Below, in pieces: positions 40,949 to 50,402 of a stretch of 64,000 nucleotides of DNA (within the stretch, counting starts at the first letter, position 1; each line of letters starts with the position of its first letter). The notes under the pieces are model-generated. The model saw only the letters and a program-made list of their open reading frames with translations, had not been told where the DNA came from and did not search any database. Made by a program: the position numbers and the translations under genes. Source of the stretch: an uncultured Planctomycetota bacterium (GTDB taxonomy: Bacteria > Planctomycetota > Planctomycetia > Pirellulales > Lacipirellulaceae). Location: positions 576,001 to 640,000 of the forward strand of contig CAVRBU010000002.1 of assembly GCA_963719315.1 (NCBI GenBank), given 5' to 3'.

Positions 40949-41125
40949 ATGATCAAACTCTTCAAAACACTGCTCTGGGAAGAAGACGGGCCAACGGCTG
41001 TTGAATACGCCGTGATGCTCGCGCTCATCGTTGCTGCCTGCCTGGGCGCCGTCCATTCGATGGCCCTCGCCACGGCCGACAGCTTCGACCAATCGGCAAA
41101 CGAACTCGGCGGCGTCCTCGGCTAA
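40949..41125 (+). CDS. flp: Flp family type IVb pilin (58 aa, absent from the ORF track)
   Basis: MIKLFKTLLWEEDG/PTAVEYAVMLALIVAACLGAVHSMALATADSFDQSANELGGVLG: Gly cleavage site with the +5 EY Flp motif. Confidence 0.93.
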   Translation: MIKLFKTLLWEEDGPTAVEYAVMLALIVAACLGAVHSMALATADSFDQSANELGGVLG

Positions 41126-41159
41126 TTCAAGTGGACGCGATCGAAGCATTGGCGGTTGC

Positions 41160-42242
41160 TTAAATTATCAGCATCGCGTCGCCATAGCTGTAGAAGCGAT
41201 ACTCTTCGCGAATGGCCTGGCGATACGCCTCGGCGATCAATTCCCAGCCGCCGAACGTTTGTACCAGGATGAGGAGCGTGGTCCGTGGGAAATGGAAATT
41301 GGTCAAGAGCGCGTCGATCGCGCGAAATTCGTAGGGTGGGCGAATGAACAGGTCCGTCGTACCCTGCCAGGGATAGATCAATCGGTCGGATTTAGAGATT
41401 GCTCCGCTGCCATCCCTGTTGCGCACCGCGGTTTCCAGGAGTCTCACCACGGTCGTGCCGATGGCGATCAAGCGCCCGCCCGCCGCGCGCTTTTGATTGA
41501 GCTCTGCCGCCGTGGCCGGCGAAATCTCACCCCACTCGCCGTGCATGCGGTGCTGGTCCCAACTCTCGCTCTCGATCGGGCGGAACGTCCCTAGTCCTAC
41601 ATGCAGCGTAATCCGCGAATAGCCGACTCCACGCGCTTCGAGCGCCTTCAATAGTTCGCGCGTGAGGTGCAGCCCCGCCGTCGGCGCGGCGATCGCACCC
41701 GGTCGCTGGGCATAGACGGTTTGATAGTTGGCAACGTCGTCATCCACCATGTTGCCGCCGCGGATGTATGGTGGTAGCGGCACGCGCCCCAAGCGCTCCA
41801 AAACTACCTCGGTCGGCTCGTCGGTCTCCACGTGCGCCAGCCACTGGCCTTCTTCGAGCCGTTCCAGTAGCCACAGCTTAGCTGCCGGCCGGCCTTCGCG
41901 ATCGCGTAACGTAATCGCTTCGCCGGCGTCCAGACGCCCGCGTGTCTTGCACAGTATTCGCCAGTGGCCATCCGGTGTCGATTCGATGAATAGCCCCTGC
42001 CATCGTCCGCCGGTTTGCGTGCGAACGCCCGACAGTTGGGCTCGGATCACCTTGGTGTCATTGAGGATCAGCCGATCGCCCTCGGGCAGCAGGTGCGGCA
42101 AATCGCGGATATGGTGATGCTCGATCGACTGCCGGCGGCGGTCCACCACCATCAGCCGGGCGTCCGTCCGATGGCGAAGCGGCTCCTGGGCGACCAACCG
42201 CCTGGGAATCTCATAATCAATGGGAAAAACGCCGTCGGGCAT
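41160..42242 (-). CDS. queA: S-adenosylmethionine:tRNA ribosyltransferase-isomerase
   Basis: AQEP, NDTKVI, PLPPYI, YQTVYA, AAPTAGLH, LHVGLGTF, YRFYSYGDAM. Confidence 0.96.
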   Translation of the reverse strand: MPDGVFPIDYEIPRRLVAQEPLRHRTDARLMVVDRRRQSIEHHHIRDLPHLLPEGDRLILNDTKVIRAQLSGVRTQTGGRWQGLFIESTPDGHWRILCKTRGRLDAGEAITLRDREGRPAAKLWLLERLEEGQWLAHVETDEPTEVVLERLGRVPLPPYIRGGNMVDDDVANYQTVYAQRPGAIAAPTAGLHLTRELLKALEARGVGYSRITLHVGLGTFRPIESESWDQHRMHGEWGEISPATAAELNQKRAAGGRLIAIGTTVVRLLETAVRNRDGSGAISKSDRLIYPWQGTTDLFIRPPYEFRAIDALLTNFHFPRTTLLILVQTFGGWELIAEAYRQAIREEYRFYSYGDAMLII

Positions 42243-42530
42243 GGTGATTCTAGCTTAATGCGTGGAACTCGATCGGTTGTAAAAGCGCTCCGCCCGCCTC
42301 CATCTTGCCCAAGTTACGGTTCGTGGCGTGTGCCTGCTACGATGCCCCAATCGTCGCATTACTCGGCCTTCATTGCCACCCCGCCGAGGTACTGTAAGCA
42401 TGTACATTGTCAACTCGGAATATTTTTTAAGTCGCGATTCATCGGGGGGTAAATTCCGAGCGCAAGTCACCGTTGGGAGATACAACGCGCGTAGTGAACG
42501 CATGTATAAAACCTGCGGAATAAACACCTG

Positions 42531-42558
42531 TTGACGCCCGCCGTAAAGAGGTTATTTT
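42531..42558 (+). promoter_or_regulatory. Sigma70-like promoter
   Basis: TTGACG-N16-TATTTT with an A-rich upstream region. Predicted +1 near 42565. Confidence 0.55.
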
Positions 42559-42564
42559 CAGTTT

Positions 42565-42850
42565 ACGCGGCTTCGACCTCGAACCACCACACACTTCCGG
42601 CTTTTTTGCAGGTGCGCCGTTCCGCTGGCGCGCCCGGCAGAGACTTTCGCTGGGGAGCGTTTGGCCACAGGCACTCCTCCAAACCGGTTCACACCGCCGG
42701 CTAGCTTGTCTCTGTCGCGCCCTGGAGCATGGATGCTCCATGAAGCGGACGGTGGTCACGCTTTTGGAATACGATCACCGGGCGTCAACGGTCCCCAACG
42801 GCAAACGGACTTGTCCGGGGGACGACGCTTGAAAGACGCCGCGCTCTTTT
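42565..42850 (+). ncRNA. Candidate structured RNA (~285 nt) with ANGGA apical loops, upstream of rsmH
   Basis: Ends pair (CGCGGC 42566-71 with GCCGCG 42838-43) and are followed by a U-run. Several internal stems. Loops ATGGA (42729-33) and ACGGA (42805-09). No convincing ORF. Confidence 0.5.
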
Positions 42851-42942
42851 CTCGCTATGCTGGATTGCATGCTAGCATTCTGAGCGAGTCGCTATTTGCG
42901 ATTGCCGCTCTACCCAGAAATCTGATATTTCCCCTTTGCACG

Positions 42943-43830
42943 ATGCCGCCTGGCTCGACCCAACACGTACCCGTGCTTGCCCAGGAGGTTGTCGAGTGGC
43001 TCCGCCCCGCGCCGGGACGCACGATCGTCGATGGCACGCTCGGCGGAGGCGGCCACGCGCGGCTGCTGGCAGAAGCGGTGAACCCGGGCGGCGTGGTGGT
43101 CGCACTCGACCGCGATCCGCAGGCCGTCGAACGAGCGACCACAGTTCTCGCGGGATTGCCGGTACGGGTCCTGCAAGCGAACTACAGCGACTTACCGGAA
43201 TTGCTCGAACAACAAAATGTGGCGCGCGTCGATGGAATCCTGCTCGATTTGGGTTTGTCGAGTGACCAGTTAGCCGATGCCGAACGGGGATTTAGTTTTC
43301 AAAGTGAAGGACCATTGGATTTACGATTCGATCCGACGCGCGGTGAGCCCGCGTGGCGGCTTGTGGAGCGATTGAGCGCGGAGCACTTGGCAGACTTGAT
43401 CTTTCAATATGGTGAGGAACGCTATAGCCGCCGCATTGGACGACGCATTGCGGAGACGCGCCGCGCTGCGCCGATTCACACGGCGGCCCAGCTTGCCCGC
43501 CTCGTGCGCGAGTCGGTGCCCCGCAGTCGCGAGGAACGCATCGACCCGGCGACGCGCACGTTTCAAGCTCTGCGAATTGCCGTGAACGAGGAATTGAAAT
43601 GGCTGGAAGTTGCGCTGCGACGACTGCCGGATTGTTTGACGCCCGGCGGTCGATTGGCGGTGATCAGCTTTCACTCGCTGGAGGATCGTTTGGTGAAGGA
43701 GTCGTTTCGCGATGACGCGCGGCTGCATGTGCTCACGCGCCGACCTGTGCGGGCGTCCGAACAAGAAACGTTCGCGAATCCCCGATCGCGGAGCGCGAAG
43801 CTGCGGGTGGCGGAACGCAAAACGGATTAG
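42943..43830 (+). CDS. rsmH: 16S rRNA m4C1402 methyltransferase
   Basis: HVPVL, DGTLGGGGHA, DLGLSS.QL, RTFQALRIAVN, SFHSLEDR, NPRSRSAKLR. Confidence 0.96.
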   Translation: MPPGSTQHVPVLAQEVVEWLRPAPGRTIVDGTLGGGGHARLLAEAVNPGGVVVALDRDPQAVERATTVLAGLPVRVLQANYSDLPELLEQQNVARVDGILLDLGLSSDQLADAERGFSFQSEGPLDLRFDPTRGEPAWRLVERLSAEHLADLIFQYGEERYSRRIGRRIAETRRAAPIHTAAQLARLVRESVPRSREERIDPATRTFQALRIAVNEELKWLEVALRRLPDCLTPGGRLAVISFHSLEDRLVKESFRDDARLHVLTRRPVRASEQETFANPRSRSAKLRVAERKTD

Positions 43831-43883
43831 CACTGCCGCGTGCGGGTTACGATTGAGAACGATAGCAAGCGCTCGAGTTGCTG

Positions 43884-43899
43884 GCCTCAAGGAGGAGGC
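43884..43899 (+). promoter_or_regulatory. ANGGA-loop hairpin over an SD (putative CsrA site)
   Basis: GCCTC-AAGGAG-GAGGC, ending 5 nt before ATG 43905. Confidence 0.5.
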
Positions 43900-43904
43900 G
43901 GACG

Positions 43905-44249
43905 ATGAATGATGATCGAAACTTAGGCGCCACCGAAAATCGATTCGCGCTGACGCTCGTCATCTGCCTGCTGATGGCGGTTGGCTATCTAGTGCTGTTG
44001 AGACTTGGTGGACCCAGCGATTCGACGATCGAGGTTCGACCGAACCCGGTGCCGCAACCGGTCGTGGCCCACGAAGACGACAATCAACCGCGCGTGCTGC
44101 CCGTCGACGGACCGGAGCCCGCATCCGTGCGGCCTCCAGAAATCGCGACTCGGCCGGAAACCTTTCACAGCGACGGCGACGGCGACTCGGCATCGACGCC
44201 GGCAAGACCTGGGCTGCCGGCGGCAACGACCGATTCACAGCGACGTTAG
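43905..44249 (+). CDS. Small bitopic membrane protein with Pro-rich tail
   Basis: Strong SD, one TM (FALTLVICLLMAVGYLVLL), low-complexity C-terminus. Confidence 0.65.
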   Translation: MNDDRNLGATENRFALTLVICLLMAVGYLVLLRLGGPSDSTIEVRPNPVPQPVVAHEDDNQPRVLPVDGPEPASVRPPEIATRPETFHSDGDGDSASTPARPGLPAATTDSQRR

Positions 44250-45385
44250 CGCCGCATTGCTCCCGGTCGGGCGGCGACGGGCGGCAAGTACCGCGGCTGC
44301 GTCGAGCTTGTGGCTCCGTTCGTCGGCGCTTGGGCGGTAGCCGGGTAACTGTATTGCGGACCGGTTGTCCACGCTTGTTGCGGCGCGACGGGTTGGCCCA
44401 CTGGAGTCGTTTGCGGCGCGATCGGCGTCCCTGGCTGCGCAGCGGCGGGCGGCATGGAAACGACGACCTTGTTGCCCTGCAATTTCGCCAGCGCTTCTTG
44501 TGCCGGCTGCATGTTCGGGTTCTGCTGAAGCGCGGCCTGGAAGTACGGCGCCGCATCGGCCGAGCGATTCCGCTGCACGAGCAGTTGCCCTATATTGTAG
44601 TTCGCATCGGCGGAGCCATGCACGGCGGCCAGATGCGCCAACGCCCTTTGATCCTGGCGCATCTCGACCAGTACTGTCGCTGCGTTATTCCGATACAGCG
44701 CTTTGCTCGGCTGCAATTGGACGGCTTGTTCGAGCACTTGGACGGAAGATTCCAGCTTGCCTTGCCGCGCGAGGCATAGACCCAGGTCGTTCAACGCGCC
44801 CGCATGCTGCGGATTCGAAGTGACGGCCTGCTGATACAGATTCTCCGCGAGCGGCAAATTGCCTTGGCGATCTTCCATCCGGGCGGCGGCGCGAAGCACT
44901 TCGACCTGTCCCGGCCACATCGTAAGTGCCCGTTGAAAGTTGATGCGAGCTTGCGGGATATCGCCCTGGTGCTCGCACACTTGAGCGGCGTAGATGAAGA
45001 ACTCGGGCGACGGCGGTCCGGTGGGCGTGCTGAGTGAGATCGAGTCCGGCTTCTGCGGCGCTGACGATTGCGCCATGCGCGACGCCGATGCCCCTTTCCC
45101 TTTCTTCCCGATCGGCATTTCCGAAACGGCCGCCTTCAGGTACTTGATCGGGTGGTGCGTGGCCGAGATCTCGTCCGTCGGGCGAGCCGGCGCAAACGCA
45201 GCTTGCGGTGCGGGCGCCGGCGTCGAGGCCTTCTTCGACCAGGGCCAAATCGTCCAGTTCGAATCCTGCTTCGCCGTTTGACGGCCTTGCATGGCCATCA
45301 TCGCCGGGTCGGCAACGGCGCTGGATACGGCTAATCCGGCTGCGCAGAACAGGGCGGCAAATGTTCGAAGCCAAGCATTGCGCAT
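44246..45385 (-). CDS. Secreted tetratricopeptide-repeat protein
   Basis: Signal peptide, ~6 TPR units (e.g. ALNDLGLCLARQGK, ANYNIGQLL), Pro/Gln tail. Confidence 0.88.
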   Translation of the reverse strand: MRNAWLRTFAALFCAAGLAVSSAVADPAMMAMQGRQTAKQDSNWTIWPWSKKASTPAPAPQAAFAPARPTDEISATHHPIKYLKAAVSEMPIGKKGKGASASRMAQSSAPQKPDSISLSTPTGPPSPEFFIYAAQVCEHQGDIPQARINFQRALTMWPGQVEVLRAAARMEDRQGNLPLAENLYQQAVTSNPQHAGALNDLGLCLARQGKLESSVQVLEQAVQLQPSKALYRNNAATVLVEMRQDQRALAHLAAVHGSADANYNIGQLLVQRNRSADAAPYFQAALQQNPNMQPAQEALAKLQGNKVVVSMPPAAAQPGTPIAPQTTPVGQPVAPQQAWTTGPQYSYPATAQAPTNGATSSTQPRYLPPVAARPGAMRR

Positions 45386-45413
45386 GGCGGGTCCCTCCAT
45401 TACGACTGCGTCC

Positions 45414-45431
45414 GCCAGCATCCTTGCCGGC
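45414..45431 (-). promoter_or_regulatory. ANGGA-loop hairpin in the TPR gene leader (putative CsrA site)
   Basis: Minus strand GCCGGC-AAGGAT-GCTGGC, ~30 nt upstream of ATG 45385. Confidence 0.45.
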
Positions 45432-45509
45432 TAGTTTGTCGGACAGACAATCGTGTCTGTCCTTATCGGGCTGCCAGGCGGACAGGATTGTCCGCCTTAC
45501 ATTCCCACT

Positions 45510-46064
45510 TCAGTTTCCTGTCGATATCGTGCTGGCCGAAACTGCGGGCAGCACGGGGGCCGGCATGGCTTGCATGAACTTGACGTTCGTCACATCCACT
45601 ATGGCGGCCGGCCGGCCTTCGGCCATCAAATACGTTTCTTCCACATTGGGCATACGCCCATCGATCGAGACCTTCGTTCCGTAATCGCGGACGGCTGCCA
45701 AACGGGCGGCATCCGTATTCGGATCCAACGAACGCTCGACAAAAATGTTGCGGCGCTCGACCGGGGCCTGCGTCATGATCCACTGCACACGCAACTCGCC
45801 GGCGGTCGTGAGCTGATTCGTATCCGGATTGAAATGATGCGCACCGAGCAAATTCTGACGCCGCCAACCGTTGTTGACCATCAGGCAAAACGGCTCCCGT
45901 ACGGCAATGCGGTCTGGGCACACATAGGGCCAGGGCCACATCTGATTCACGTGGTATCCATGTTTGACATAATGGGCGCCATCGTCCAAGCACACGCCAA
46001 CTGCGGCTCGTTCCGAGCCCGCAACAGCGATAACTGCGACGGCGGCAAACAATAAATGACGCAT
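45510..46064 (-). CDS. Secreted hypothetical protein (planctomycete-type)
   Basis: Signal peptide MRHLLFAAV, then N.MWPWPY..PDR, MVNNGWRRQNLLG.HHF, LTTAGE. Confidence 0.75.
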   Translation of the reverse strand: MRHLLFAAVAVIAVAGSERAAVGVCLDDGAHYVKHGYHVNQMWPWPYVCPDRIAVREPFCLMVNNGWRRQNLLGAHHFNPDTNQLTTAGELRVQWIMTQAPVERRNIFVERSLDPNTDAARLAAVRDYGTKVSIDGRMPNVEETYLMAEGRPAAIVDVTNVKFMQAMPAPVLPAVSASTISTGN

Positions 46065-46146
46065 AGTTGGCCTCACGATCAAGCGGCGAGCCGAGCGGCA
46101 CGTAGGCGTGTCGCTCCGAGACACGCATTTTTCCACGTCTCGGAGA

Positions 46147-46420
46147 GACGCGGCCACATTCACGTCCGCCTCGGCCGGACGGACCTACTTCACTCGTGGT
46201 ATCGGCCGGGCGTCTCCGGCAACTGCGCAATCTTTGGACGAACCGGCGCAGGCTACCTAACCAGCACAGGTGTCCTGCTAGCAGCGAAGAGTTCTGAAGT
46301 TCAGATAACTGCTGAATGCCGGCAGTGGGTGGCTGGTTGCAGACAAATAGGCGGGCGGCACGTGAGAGTTCTATTGCGGCACGAAACGCATTTCAGCAAT
46401 TTGCCGCGACTGGCGAGCGG
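46147..46420 (+). repeat. ~270-bp direct repeat, copy 1
   Basis: 72 nt (46153-46224) identical to 50409-50480. The remainder is alignable with substitutions and short indels. Confidence 0.95.
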
Positions 46421-46877
46421 ACCTGTTCCGTCTTCTTCTCAGCAAGTCCAAGTTGTTGCAGCGAATCAATGGAAGTGCGACTACCTGTCGCATGCATTTC
46501 GCACATTCGACTATTCTGTCTGTCAAAAAACTTAGGGTACTGCGGGATTAATTCAGATGTTCACTAGTTCGCACTTGCCTATCGCGCTAGGGTACGGGCG
46601 CAAGATAACGGACTGGCGATTGCCGTTCGTCGTGGAAGCCCTTGCGAGCAAGAGCCATGACGACAGCGCTAGTGTGGGAGACTTTTCTTCGCGCTCCGGT
46701 CGGGTCCCGAGCATTCCGCTCGCGATCCGCGGTTCTTCCAACCAGGACGATTCGGTCGAACTCGAGTTCACAAGTCTTGCAGTGTTGTTTCTCTGCCCCG
46801 TAGGTCGCCGCGGCCGTCTCACTTGCCGCCCAACTCCGTCCGTAATCAGTTTTTTCCGTTACGAGGAGAACTCATCG

Positions 46878-49800
46878 ATGAAACGTTATTGCTTGTTGTT
46901 CGGAATCACGATGTCGTTGGCGGTCGATACGAACAGGCCCGCTTCAGCAATCAACCGCAGTTGGGACGACGCCGGTGGCAGTGCCAGCAAACTGTGGGGC
47001 GAGTTTGGCAATTGGAGTCCTGACGGAGCCGTGGGGGCGGACGACATTTTCATCGGCAACCTGGCTGCCGCGGCCAACGATACGACGCTCGTCGACGCTG
47101 CCTACAGCATTAATTCATTGACCATTACCAATGGCGCCGATGTCGTCAACAGCACCGACAACGGCGCGACCAACGATTTTGAGTTGATTGTTAATGGGCT
47201 GACCACCGTCGGCGGGGCAGGCAGTTCGATCATCATCTTCGGCGGCGATCCCGACGGCCTCGACACCGATAATCTAACCATTAACAGCGGCGGTTCGGTA
47301 ATTCTCAACTCGACAACGGCCCAGGGAACTGCGGTGGTTGAGGTTGATGGCAACACTGGCACTGGCCTCTTGGATATCAACGCGGGCGGCACATTGATCG
47401 GCACGGGCCGGATTGATCTCGAAGCAGCGCCAGGGGCGGCGACCTCGCTGATCGTCAACGACGGGTCGATCATCGCAAATAGGGCTCCGATCTTTCTCGG
47501 TCAGGCTCCCGCCGCTGGGACGCTGCAAATCACGGCCACCAGCGCCAACGCCCGCTTCGATTGGGACGGTGGTGGCGCCGGCGTGCTCCAAGCCAACGGC
47601 AACCAGACACTTGACATTGACGTGGTTCCTGGAGCCGGGGCAGTTACTGACGCCTTCAGCGGCACGATGAACCTGAACACCGGCGGGACGATCGATATCG
47701 CCAACGCCTGGTCGATGGATTCCGGTACGATCAATGCCAACACGCCAGCCTTCGGCCTGATTATTATCGGCCAAGACCCTAATCCTGGACCGGCGGCCCA
47801 CATTGCCGGCGCGAATTGGACGATGACCGGCGGCACGATTACCGTTGACGACACCTGGGACTCGCTACAGTTCGACTCACAGCTCGTCGCCTCCGGTGGC
47901 ACGATCGACAACTCCGGCACGATGATCTTCAACGGCGGGGCGACGATCCAAAGCGGCGTCGATTTCAACATGATTGGCGACGGCGCATCGTTAGTCGTCA
48001 ACTCGGCGCTCAATATCGACACGCCCGACTTCAATCTCGATGGAAGCGAGCACGCCGGCAATGTCACCACCATCAATGCCGGCGGCAACCTCGATTTGGA
48101 CCTGGGCACCGGGGCGGACCTCAGCTTTGGCCATACGATCAACATGAACGGCGGCGAATTGGACGTCACCAGTTCGGTCGCCACAGCTTGGCAGCTTAAC
48201 TCAATTGGCGTTATCAACGCCGCTGGCGGGGCGATCTCGACCATCAATAGCGCCGGTGAGACGTTTCAGATCTCCGGCGATATCAACGTCACGGCCAACT
48301 CCACGCTGAACATAAATTCCGTGAGCGAATACACTAGCAACGCAAGTGTAGTGATTGACGCCGGCAGCACGCTCAACATGGGCACTGCGACTTACAGCGG
48401 CGGCAGCTACAGCGGCGGCGGAACCTTGCTCAAAGGCACGGCGACGATCGCGGCCGCGACCACCTGGAACGTCGCCACGGTGGATCTCGACGACGGCGTG
48501 GGCACCAGCACCACCCTCAATGCAAACTTAACCATCAATGCCGATGCGATCGATAGCTCGGGCGACGGGATCGACAACGGCATCGCGATCGACAATGCAG
48601 CCTTGTTGACCGTGAATATCAGCGGTGGAGGGTCGTGGGCCGTCGATCCGGCCGGCAGCATTACGTACAACGGCGATGCGACTCCCAATTCTTTCTTGGC
48701 CGGGTCGGACATCAACCTGAACGGAAACTTGAACGTCACCGGCGACGGCCGCACCGACGCTCGACTGCTCATCGGCTCGACGAGCACGATCAATATCAAC
48801 ACCGCCGCCGAACCGCTGCGGCTCTCCGGCGGCAATACCACGACCAATCCGAACACGATTGCTGGCGGTACGATTAACGGCCCGGGCCTGCTCGGCGCCG
48901 ATACGGGAAGCGCCTTGCACGGCTTCGGCACCATCAATGCGAATGTTGACTTCGACGGCACGTCGAACTTGCTCGCCCAAAACGGTACGCTCACCGTCAG
49001 TGGGGCACTTGTGGACGTCAGCGTCCTGGGAACCGCCGACGTAACCGGCGTAATCAATGTGACCAGCGCCTGGAACACGAACGTAACTGCCATCGTGCTG
49101 CTGAAAGGCGGACGCCTGCAAGGGGGCCTCGTTACCAACGACGGGGTAAATGGCATCGACGGCTTCGGAGAAATGACCGCCCGCGTGATCAACAACACCC
49201 TCATCGCCGCCGACAATGGTACGTTGATCTACAACAACTCGCAGAACGACTGGGACGGGGCCGCTAACAACGGGCTCATCATCGCCGACAACGGCAATGT
49301 GGAACTCGTCGACCTAGGGGCCTTCTTGTTCAATGGAACCGTGCGGGCCGACGCCAATCGCCAAGTGTTCGCCAATGGCTTCGAACTCGAGTTTGAACCC
49401 GCCTCGACGCTTGCGCTCAACGGTGGCACGTATCGCTCGACGGCCGCCACGGACATCGGCGGCACTGTGACGATCGGTGCCGGCACGTCGACGCTCAACA
49501 ACGGCGGCACGACCATCTTCGAGGGGACCAGCAACACCACGATCACCGGTACTCTGCGGTTGAATAATACGGCTACGAGGATCAACGCCGGCGCCACGTT
49601 TGCCGGCGGCGGCACGCTTCTCAACGTCGCTGGTCGCACGCTCACGCTCGTCGATGGCGCCGATGTCGATGTCTTGCTCCAAAACGACGGTACGCTCGTC
49701 CTCGGCACATCACCCGGCCAAACGCAGGGTCTCGATTTCGAGCAGACTGCCACGGGAACCTGGAACGTCGAGCTTGGCGGTACGGGGATCAACGACTACG

Positions 49801-50297
49801 ACCGGATGACGCTCTCCGGATTGGCGGCGGTCGATGGCACGCTCGATCTCGCGCTTCTTGCCCCGTATGTGCCAACGCTTGCCGATCCCCTACTCACAAT
49901 TCTGTCGGCCAGCAGCGTCAGCGGTACGTTCGATGCGGTCGTTCAGCCGCCCACGATGCCGGCCGGGCTGGCATTTAGCGTGATCTACAACGCCGCGAAT
50001 ATCCAGTTGCAAGTGGTCAACGCATTGTTGGCTGGCGACTACAACAATAACGGCATCGTCGACGCGGCCGACTACGTGCTGTGGCGGAATGGCGGGCCTC
50101 TGCAGAACGATCCGACCCCCGGCGTTCAACCGGCCGATTACGACGTGTGGAGAGCCCATTTCGGCCAAACGGCCGGCAGCGGCAGCGGTGTGGAATTCAG
50201 CGCGGCCGTTCCGGAGCCGAGTATCATCGCAATGGCACTGCTGGCGATTGTCGGCAGCCTACTTCTTGGAAGCCGTGGAGGGCGGAACTTGAGTTGA
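46878..50297 (+). CDS. Large PEP-CTERM surface protein (1139 aa): beta-helical passenger-like repeats plus dockerin-like module
   Basis: GAGGAG SD, signal peptide, W..GNW motif, G/T/N-rich strands, YDRMTLSGLA..DGTL, GDYNNNGIVDAADYVLWR, VPEPS-TM-basic tail. Confidence 0.9.
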   Translation: MKRYCLLFGITMSLAVDTNRPASAINRSWDDAGGSASKLWGEFGNWSPDGAVGADDIFIGNLAAAANDTTLVDAAYSINSLTITNGADVVNSTDNGATNDFELIVNGLTTVGGAGSSIIIFGGDPDGLDTDNLTINSGGSVILNSTTAQGTAVVEVDGNTGTGLLDINAGGTLIGTGRIDLEAAPGAATSLIVNDGSIIANRAPIFLGQAPAAGTLQITATSANARFDWDGGGAGVLQANGNQTLDIDVVPGAGAVTDAFSGTMNLNTGGTIDIANAWSMDSGTINANTPAFGLIIIGQDPNPGPAAHIAGANWTMTGGTITVDDTWDSLQFDSQLVASGGTIDNSGTMIFNGGATIQSGVDFNMIGDGASLVVNSALNIDTPDFNLDGSEHAGNVTTINAGGNLDLDLGTGADLSFGHTINMNGGELDVTSSVATAWQLNSIGVINAAGGAISTINSAGETFQISGDINVTANSTLNINSVSEYTSNASVVIDAGSTLNMGTATYSGGSYSGGGTLLKGTATIAAATTWNVATVDLDDGVGTSTTLNANLTINADAIDSSGDGIDNGIAIDNAALLTVNISGGGSWAVDPAGSITYNGDATPNSFLAGSDINLNGNLNVTGDGRTDARLLIGSTSTININTAAEPLRLSGGNTTTNPNTIAGGTINGPGLLGADTGSALHGFGTINANVDFDGTSNLLAQNGTLTVSGALVDVSVLGTADVTGVINVTSAWNTNVTAIVLLKGGRLQGGLVTNDGVNGIDGFGEMTARVINNTLIAADNGTLIYNNSQNDWDGAANNGLIIADNGNVELVDLGAFLFNGTVRADANRQVFANGFELEFEPASTLALNGGTYRSTAATDIGGTVTIGAGTSTLNNGGTTIFEGTSNTTITGTLRLNNTATRINAGATFAGGGTLLNVAGRTLTLVDGADVDVLLQNDGTLVLGTSPGQTQGLDFEQTATGTWNVELGGTGINDYDRMTLSGLAAVDGTLDLALLAPYVPTLADPLLTILSASSVSGTFDAVVQPPTMPAGLAFSVIYNAANIQLQVVNALLAGDYNNNGIVDAADYVLWRNGGPLQNDPTPGVQPADYDVWRAHFGQTAGSGSGVEFSAAVPEPSIIAMALLAIVGSLLLGSRGGRNLS

Positions 50298-50402
50298 TCC
50301 GGGATTGTGCAGGGGTAGTAGATGTTCGTTGAGCAGCGGTGCTGCCGGATCGACGAAAACAATCATCGTCTCGACGAGATCCAGTTCGAGTGCAGAAAAG
50401 AG

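Noticed and set aside
42565..42850. RNase P RNA, tmRNA or c-di-GMP-I riboswitch as the identity of the structured region
   Set aside because: No GAGGAAAGTCC RNase P core on either strand and no tRNA-like CCA end. GGCAAAC..GGGACG is present but lacks the GNRA loop and the following CAAAG.
45463..46535. Paralogous-looking ORFs MRSCRRRPADTT.. and ..HIHVRLGRTDLL.. duplicated near 50259-50803
   Set aside because: They are translations of the non-coding 270-bp direct repeat and diverge immediately outside it.
46557..46877. ORF-track N-terminal extensions (also skp 22954-23286, rsmH 42661-42942, prpC 8307-8420, tadB 60450-60521)
   Set aside because: Better starts with an SD, signal peptide or family N-terminus lie downstream. 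The extensions translate repeats or leader sequence.
46878..50297. Autotransporter or DGR target
   Set aside because: It ends in a PEP-CTERM anchor, not a beta-barrel. No reverse transcriptase is present, and the repeat differences are not adenine-specific.
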